A stretch of DNA of 32,000 nucleotides from an uncultured Chloroflexia bacterium (lineage in GTDB: Bacteria; Chloroflexota; Ktedonobacteria; Ktedonobacterales; JADMIN01). The DNA is taken from positions 300,001 to 332,000 of the forward strand of contig CAVRAI010000013.1 in NCBI GenBank assembly GCA_963718915.1. Direction: 5' to 3'. How positions within the stretch are numbered: the stretch's first letter is position 1; each line of letters begins with the position of its first letter. Below are positions 26,492-32,000 of this stretch, in pieces. A program made the position numbers and the translations under genes. Under the pieces are notes generated by a model. It did no database searches. It saw nothing but the letters and a program-made list of their open reading frames with translations, and was not told where the DNA came from.

Positions 26492-27163
26492 TTACGAAAT
26501 AGCTGTCTTGTGCCGTTCCGGAGGCACGATGTCTGCGGTGCGTGGCAGGTGAGTTGCCATCTTGCGGTTGACCGAGGCCAGCGCGCGGAAGAAGATCCAC
26601 CCAGCGACGAGGGCCGCGCCCGCGATCGAGACCCACATGATACCAAGCGCAAGGGTCGGGTTGGCATTGCTGACCAGGTTGTTCGCAAACCACGCGAGGT
26701 AATCCTGACTGGCTGCCTCCACAGCGAAGACCAGCGGGAAATAGTACAGAGTTGCGCCAACGACCAGGAATACCGTTGCCAGGCGGTAGGCCGCGACGTC
26801 ATCGTCAACACGGCGCGAAAGCTTCACGGCGAGCGCCAGCAGCAGGCAGAACGCAGCGATTGGCCCGGTAATCGGGAGTGCGTCGTTCGCGACGAGCGCG
26901 GGCATGAAGAAAATCAGGCTCATCGCCAGTGTTGCCAGCAATACGCCGTCGCGCATCAAGAGATACGACATCCACCAGACGTCGGCGCCAAGCCGCAGTC
27001 CGCAGCGCCGCAGCGTGCGCACAACATACGGGCGACCAATGTGCAGAATCAACGCCATCGTCCACATGGCGGGCAAGAACGCGACGAGTGAGGCGACCAA
27101 CCACTGTGATCCCCCCTGTACCAGCGCCTGAGTGATTGCATTGGCGACATCATTCGGGTTCAT
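26492..27163 (-). CDS. Uncharacterised polytopic membrane protein, paralog B of the redox operon
   Basis: GGAGGA lies 4 nt upstream of the ATG. It has five to six hydrophobic spans and shares blocks with paralog A (LHIGRPY, LRLGAD, MRD, FFMP, LPITG, YYFP, SNANP). Confidence 0.75.
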   Translation of the reverse strand: MNPNDVANAITQALVQGGSQWLVASLVAFLPAMWTMALILHIGRPYVVRTLRRCGLRLGADVWWMSYLLMRDGVLLATLAMSLIFFMPALVANDALPITGPIAAFCLLLALAVKLSRRVDDDVAAYRLATVFLVVGATLYYFPLVFAVEAASQDYLAWFANNLVSNANPTLALGIMWVSIAGAALVAGWIFFRALASVNRKMATHLPRTADIVPPERHKTAIS

Positions 27164-27239
27164 TGGTATCCTCCGTTATCTCCGGTGTAGCTGTGCTGTT
27201 CCCATGTTGGGCATGCCAGTTGTCGTGTCGTGCGCGTTA

Positions 27240-27899
27240 TCATGGCTGCGGCTGCGGTGAAGTCCTGGCCTCCTCGGCGTCGCCAGCCTCAGCGCGTCCG
27301 CCAGTGCGCAGCGTGTAACCGACAGCGACTGCGCCCATAATTGCCAGCAAGGCAATCGAGACGTAGGCTATACCCACCGCCCAGTTCGGATTACTGCTGG
27401 TGACCAGGAAGCTGCTGATGTTGGCAATGTTCCCCGTCACCACACCGGAAGCCTGTACGCCGAAGATGTAGGGAACGAAGTAGAGCAAAGCTCCAAGCCC
27501 AAGCAGCCAGGTTACGAAGCGGAAGGCGCGTGGGTCATGGTCTGGGTCTCCGATGAGTTTGATGAGAAGCACCCCGAACAACACTGCGGCTGCCAGACCG
27601 CCTGTCAACGGGAGCTGGTCGGCGGTGACGACATCGGGGAAGAAGAACATGAAGCTCATGGCTACTCCAGAAACAATCAGGAAATCGCGCAGGGCAATGT
27701 AGACCAGCCAGAGCAGGTCAGCGCCCAACCGCAGTGTGAAACGATCGATCATATCGAGAATGTACGGGCGGCCCAAATGCAGCCCGAGCAGTGCAAGCCA
27801 GACGACTGGGAGCGCCGCAGCCAGAGTTCCCTCCAGGAATTGTTCTCCGCCGACGTTGATGCCGGAGATGATCGCTTGAGCCAGTTGATCCGGTGACAT
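27240..27899 (-). CDS. Uncharacterised polytopic membrane protein, paralog A of the redox operon
   Basis: GGAGG lies 7 nt upstream of the ATG at 27899; the ORF-track TTG at 27905 is too close to the Shine-Dalgarno. Shared blocks are LHLGRPY, LRLGAD, LRD, FFFP, LPLTG, LYFVP, SNPNW. Confidence 0.75.
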   Translation of the reverse strand: MSPDQLAQAIISGINVGGEQFLEGTLAAALPVVWLALLGLHLGRPYILDMIDRFTLRLGADLLWLVYIALRDFLIVSGVAMSFMFFFPDVVTADQLPLTGGLAAAVLFGVLLIKLIGDPDHDPRAFRFVTWLLGLGALLYFVPYIFGVQASGVVTGNIANISSFLVTSSNPNWAVGIAYVSIALLAIMGAVAVGYTLRTGGRAEAGDAEEARTSPQPQP

Positions 27900-27951
27900 G
27901 TGCAAACCTCCATCTCATCCATCACTCTGCATCGCTGTGTGTCGGATACCG

Positions 27952-29940
27952 CTATTGATGCGCTGGTGTTTCCTGGTTGGCCACTGCTGTTCTCCCCTCG
28001 TGGCCAACCAGCCTGACCGTTGGGCAGCGATACGCCAGATCGCAACGAAGACAGCGCGCGGCCTCGTGTCTGGCGGCCTCTTCCGACAATCCTTCCGCAT
28101 ATTCCACCGAGCGGTCATGCGCCGCGTCGCCAGAGCGGAGTAGCATCACCGCGCGTGGGGTCGGCCGGAGATCAAGCGTGATGTAGCCATCGGAAGACAG
28201 CTCCGAGGTTGTCTCAAACTCATCCTCTGGCATCTCGCTCACAGCACGTGGTGAGAGATGCTGCAAAAACGCGTGAATCGCGCGCGCTGCCTGGCGGCCA
28301 TGCGCAGCCGCATGAATGACTGTCTTGGGACCATAGGTGATGTCACCAGCCGCGAAAACGCCCGGAGCGCCCGTTGCGAGAGTCTCCGGGTTGACCAACA
28401 GCCCGCCCCAGGCCGATAGCTCAACACTAGTGCCCTCTGGCAAGAACGAGGGGTCAGGCGCTTCGCCGATGGCAACCAGCACGACATCAGCCGAAATGTC
28501 AAAGTCGCTGCCGGAAATCGGCACGACACGCCCACGCACATCAGCGCCGCCATCCACTTCCTGTCGCATCCGCTGACAGTGAATGGTCGTTAGCCGCCCT
28601 TCGGAGCCAAGGAGATGCATCGGGGCGACAAGTTCCTGTATCTCGATACCCTCATCCACGGTCGCGCGGATCTCCTCTTCCTGCGCGGGCATCGCGGAGC
28701 GCGTCCTCCGGTAAAGGATATGTACGTTGCTGGCGCCCGCCCGGAGCGCCGAGCGCGCCGCATCCATCGCCGTGCTGCCCCCGCCGATGACCACGACCTC
28801 ACCACTAATGCGCGTCTCCGGCTCGAGGTTATACCGCTTGAGGAAGGTCGTGGCGGGAATGACGCCGCGCAAATCCTCGCCAGGAATACGCAGTCGCTGG
28901 CTGCGTTGCGCACCGACCGCAATCAAGACCGAGTGGTATTGCTGCTGCAACTCGTCGAGTGTGACATCACGGCCAATGGCGGTGTTGAGGTGGAACGTCA
29001 CACCCAGAGCACGTATCGCGTCGATGTCACGATTCAACTCGGCGCGCGGCAGCCGATATTCCGGGATGCCAATCGCCATCATGCCGCCTGCGACGGGCAT
29101 CGCATCATAGATAGAAACCTGATAGCCGCGCCGCGCCAGATAGTAGGCCGCACTCAGTCCCGTCGGCCCTGCGCCGATAATGGCTACCCGCTCGACATAC
29201 TGATGCTTCGGCGGTGTGACGTGCCGCTGCCAGGGTGATCCGTGATCGGTAGCGAATCGCTTGAGATCGCGAATGGCGATGGCCGCATCAAATTCGCCCC
29301 TCCGGCAGACGTCCTCACATGGCGCGGTGCAAACCCGACCACAGATCGCCGGGAAGGGATTCGGTTCAGACGCCACCCGTAGCGCATCATCATAACGGCC
29401 TTGCGCGATCAGGCTGACGTAGAGGCCTGCATTGGTGCCAACGGGGCATGCCGCCTGACACGGCGCCCGCAGATCTTCTTTGCGCTCCCCCAGCCATGTG
29501 CGCCAGCTTTGCCAGACTGCCTGGCGTTCGGCAACGCGCCAGTCATGCTTCTCGCCCCATGGCGCCTCACCTGGCTCCTCGGGAGTCGCTCGCGTGTAGG
29601 CATCCAGCGGCTGCCAGCCGTCGGTGTCGGGGACATAGGTCACAGGGCCTCGCTGCGCATAGGATACCGTCGCTGCCCCGCCTGCGATCTCGATGGCATT
29701 GGTCGGACATTCCTGAGCACATACCTGGCACCCAATGCACGCATCCACCTGAACTGGCGCCAGCATCATCCAGTCGCGCGTGCTGAAATCGATAGGGATG
29801 GGACTGTGTCTCTCTGAGGCGTTAGCTGGCGCGCCCATGCTACCTGGACGGGTCATATCAAGGCAGCGCACCAGACAGAGGTCGACGCAGATGCCACAGT
29901 TTATGCAACGTTGCTCGTTGACCTGGAACCGATAGGCCAT
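27952..29940 (-). CDS. Iron-sulfur flavoprotein: 2x[4Fe-4S] ferredoxin domain fused to a GltD-like NAD(P)H-dependent oxidoreductase
   Basis: It has CINCGICVDLC and CIGCQVCAQEC, GltD-type clusters CQAACPVG and CGRVCTAPCEDVC, dinucleotide sites VAIIGAGPTGLSAA and VVVIGGGSTAMDAA, and VFAAGD. AAGGAG lies 6 nt upstream of the ATG. Confidence 0.9.
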   Translation of the reverse strand: MAYRFQVNEQRCINCGICVDLCLVRCLDMTRPGSMGAPANASERHSPIPIDFSTRDWMMLAPVQVDACIGCQVCAQECPTNAIEIAGGAATVSYAQRGPVTYVPDTDGWQPLDAYTRATPEEPGEAPWGEKHDWRVAERQAVWQSWRTWLGERKEDLRAPCQAACPVGTNAGLYVSLIAQGRYDDALRVASEPNPFPAICGRVCTAPCEDVCRRGEFDAAIAIRDLKRFATDHGSPWQRHVTPPKHQYVERVAIIGAGPTGLSAAYYLARRGYQVSIYDAMPVAGGMMAIGIPEYRLPRAELNRDIDAIRALGVTFHLNTAIGRDVTLDELQQQYHSVLIAVGAQRSQRLRIPGEDLRGVIPATTFLKRYNLEPETRISGEVVVIGGGSTAMDAARSALRAGASNVHILYRRTRSAMPAQEEEIRATVDEGIEIQELVAPMHLLGSEGRLTTIHCQRMRQEVDGGADVRGRVVPISGSDFDISADVVLVAIGEAPDPSFLPEGTSVELSAWGGLLVNPETLATGAPGVFAAGDITYGPKTVIHAAAHGRQAARAIHAFLQHLSPRAVSEMPEDEFETTSELSSDGYITLDLRPTPRAVMLLRSGDAAHDRSVEYAEGLSEEAARHEAARCLRCDLAYRCPTVRLVGHEGRTAVANQETPAHQ

Positions 29941-30059
29941 AGAGATCTCCTTTCGAGATCACCCCAGCCAGCGCGAGCGCCTGCTCACTGCACTACACCA
30001 GCATTTTGGACTACTGAGCCCGCGCGCAAATGGCTACTGCCGGCAAGTGTGATGTACTT

Positions 30060-30113
30060 CTGTCACGCGACTGTCACGGGCTGGTGCGCTGAAATCACAG
30101 CCCCATCACAGAC
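30060..30113. promoter_or_regulatory. Array 1 of four phased TCAC(A) direct repeats (CTGTCAC-GCGA-CTGTCAC ... AAATCAC-AGCC-CCATCAC)
   Basis: TCAC occurs at 30063, 30074, 30095 and 30106, giving spacings of 11/21/11 bp. The array lies 120-170 bp upstream of the redox operon start. Confidence 0.5.
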
Positions 30114-30300
30114 CAAATCTGGAGCATATGAGCAAACGAACCTGGAGGTTAGGAAGGCAAATCGCTCCGGTAAAACAGATGAAGAGAAAGGGTCTGGGCT
30201 GCACTCTCAGAGGGATCGTACAAGCGTGATGGCGACGCAGCACACCAACGAAATGTCAATTGACGTATGGAACGGAAGTGAGCGCCGCTACGAGATGTTG

Positions 30301-30354
30301 TGGTCACACGCAAGTCACAAAGCGCGCCTGAGATGTCACATCTTACTCACAGTG
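30301..30354. promoter_or_regulatory. Array 2 of four phased TCAC(A) direct repeats (TGGTCAC-ACGC-AAGTCAC ... ATGTCAC-ATCT-TACTCAC)
   Basis: TCAC occurs at 30304, 30315, 30336 and 30347. The spacings are again 11/21/11 bp, identical to array 1. The array lies 210-260 bp upstream of the lipoprotein ATG at 30563. Confidence 0.5.
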
Positions 30355-30562
30355 CGGTCGTTCAAATGCCCTGCGTGTTGGCAGGGAAGCCAGATAAATT
30401 GGGCCACGAGCCGCATTCTTTGGAGCAGCGACTGCTCGCCTGGTCGTATCACAATCCTTTGTGAGTACGTTGATGTATGTGCTATTCTCCTGGCCAATGT
30501 AAGGATGCAGCCAACACTGTTGAGGATCTCATCAGGTGAATTCTTGGAAGGGCGAATGTGCG

Positions 30563-31025
30563 ATGGGAACACGAGTGGCGAAGAGAGGAGCACGACTTCT
30601 TTACCTAATAGCCATATTCAGCCGCTCTTCTTATATCACTTGCCGCCTGTGGAGCGTCAGCGGACGCTAGCTCGGTATATGACGTGGCCTCGCTTGCCGA
30701 CCATTTACGCACAAAGGGAGCAATCGTAGAAATGGCGGGCACAATCAAACATCCCTTCCTGGCAGTGCCTGGCCAGATCATGACGGTCAATGGGAATGAC
30801 ATCGAGGTCTATCAGTATGCGAGCCCCCAAGCGCTCGCCGCAGACACGCGCGATATCGATCCTGATGGGTGTATCGGCACTGTTGGCGGCGGCATGCTTG
30901 ATCCGTGGACTGCGCCGCCCCACTTCTTCAAGAGCGAAAACGTGATGGTGATCTACCTGGGAAGCGACTCCAAGATGCTCCAACTGCTAACGAGTGTGAT
31001 GGGCAAGCAGTTCGCTGGTGAATGA
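30563..31025 (+). pseudogene. Putative lipoprotein of unknown function, with the signal peptide split by a 1-nt frameshift (intact ORF only from 30684/30733)
   Basis: The frame from ATG 30563 gives MGTRVAKRGARLLYLIAIF. The gene frame, which opens at 30612 after a TAG, gives SAALLLISLAAC|GASADASSVYD.., a lipobox LAAC with no start codon of its own. The mature part is ..PFLAVPGQIMTVNGNDIEVYQYASPQALAADTRDIDPDG.. Confidence 0.65.
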
Positions 31026-31414
31026 AGCATCCAGATGCTAGTGCGACACTGAGTGTGCTAGTCATCGGTTGAAGGATACGATTCCAATGAGATGGCTTCC
31101 CTACTTGTCTACCCGGCCTGAAAGTCACCGCCACTGCATCGAGAGCCGTTCGCCAATGCTGGTCGAGCTATGCCACCATGAGTTGCCGCGCGCAGGCTGC
31201 CAAAGATGCGTGCGGCGATCTACTGGAGCGCTTCGTTCGAGTGGCCCGCAGATGAGACGCCCGCGACACTTCATTGTACTGCCGAGACCACAACGGGTAA
31301 GCGCGCCGTGACATATCAACCCTCTCTTGTGAAGATTTTGTGATGCTTTCCCCATACGATATAAGTGCCTAATACGGGCGCATCACGAGGTACGACGCCT
31401 TTACATGACGCGGC

Positions 31415-31795
31415 ATGGTGCGACCGAGCACATCAAGGCCTACCATGATTGAGATTCCCCGCAAACAAGACTCGACAGAGATCCTTTTGCCGAACAAAGA
31501 AACCACTCCGGCGGATGGCATGCCGCAGGTACCTGTGACACGGATCTTCACAAGGCTCGTCAATGCCGCACGCCATTATCCGCTGCCGCTATCTGTGCTC
31601 GCCCTGCTTCTGATAAGTCTCATCGCCTGGCTGGTGGGGTGGCATAACGTGGCGCAATGGAGCCTGATCGCCATTATTCTGCTCGGCGGGATTCCATTAC
31701 TCTGGGCGACGTTACGGCAACTGGCGCACGGTGAGGTTGGGGTCGACGTCATTGCGATACTTGCGATTGGCGGCTCCCTTATGCGCGGCCGCTGA
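31415..31795 (+). pseudogene. Heavy-metal (P1B-type) ATPase, N-terminal fragment only (126 codons)
   Basis: ..LLGGIPLLWATLRQLAHGEVGVDVIAILAIGGSL matches the first TM pair region of P-type metal ATPases. It then stops at a TGA (31793-31795). No actuator, phosphorylation or nucleotide-binding domains follow. Confidence 0.65.
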
Positions 31796-32000
31796 TGCTC
31801 ATTCGGGTCTTCACCCCGGTCTTCATCATTGGATCGGGCGTTGAGGCGATAAAAACCCGGCACGATGTTCAATACGCCGAGGAGGCCGAGGCGCACCGTT
31901 ACCTTACAGATACACGCCAGCGGTTGACGAGGGAAGGGAATGTCAGCGTCGAGACGGTGGAGTTGGTTGGTCCGGTGGCCGACCAGTTGATTCAGCTCGC
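31795..32000 (+). CDS. Universal stress protein-like reading frame, lacking the usual N-terminal strand and helix; runs off the right window edge
   Basis: MLIRVFTPVFIIGSGVEAIKTRHDVQYAEEAEAHRYLTDTRQRLTREGNVSVETVELVGPVADQLIQL.. resembles the middle of a USP domain; compare ARMLLAHVTP and APTVADGLLGI in the USP at 22866. The ATG overlaps the upstream TGA (TGATG). It is not in the ORF track because there is no stop in the window. Confidence 0.5.
   Translation, partial: MLIRVFTPVFIIGSGVEAIKTRHDVQYAEEAEAHRYLTDTRQRLTREGNVSVETVELVGPVADQLIQL

Noticed and set aside
29911-30729. 272-aa plus-strand ORF spanning the long intergenic region
   Set aside because: It is Trp/Cys/Arg-rich with no motifs, and it crosses the repeat arrays and the lipoprotein leader in the wrong frame. 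I treat the region as non-coding.
31760-32000. Alternative reading in which the P-type ATPase simply continues after a frameshift
   Set aside because: The downstream frame has a charged segment where a TM helix and the SGGEALE-type motif are expected. Its later part (AEEAEAHRYL..VELVGPVADQLIQL) fits a USP domain better than the ATPase actuator region. The ambiguity is not fully excluded.

Overview
GC-rich bacterial chromosomal window with one tRNA, no rRNA and no CRISPR array. The proteins look Chloroflexota- or Actinobacteria-like, but taxonomy cannot be verified from here. Layout: (1) 1-9.9 kb is housekeeping. It holds a partial mpg glycosylase at the left edge (missing from the ORF track), pepF, rplY/ctc, cobT, a minus-strand run acyP-gatC-gatA-cobS, tRNA-Gly(UCC), and an AlkZ/YcaQ-like glycosylase. 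(2) 10-12.7 kb is an FMN-binding protein, an ApbE flavin transferase and an NqrB/RnfD-like::FNR-like fusion, which reads as a flavinylation-dependent electron-transfer module. (3) 12.7-15.4 kb is a small accessory patch: a decayed IS630-family element, an APH-family kinase and an IS5-family transposase remnant. (4) 15.9-26.3 kb holds an orphan polytopic membrane protein, a 1134-aa BNR/Asp-box protein, a CoA-transferase with an unusual insertion, a tandem USP, a frameshifted pentapeptide-repeat gene, a small membrane protein, a Pat-like GNAT and a small hypothetical. (5) 26.5-29.9 kb is the best candidate for something undescribed. It is a tightly organised operon of a ferredoxin::GltD-like Fe-S flavoprotein followed by two paralogous membrane proteins I cannot assign to any family. 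(6) Next to it, a roughly 620-bp non-coding region carries two arrays of TCAC(A) direct repeats with identical 11/21/11-bp phasing, an architecture typical of OmpR/PhoB-type binding sites. (7) The right end has a lipoprotein gene whose signal peptide is split by a frameshift, and a P-type ATPase N-terminal fragment that abuts a USP-like frame. Several genes carry single-base disruptions (cobS C-terminus, pentapeptide gene, lipoprotein, possibly the BNR gene tail). These are either sequencing indels or real decay, and the sequence alone cannot tell which.
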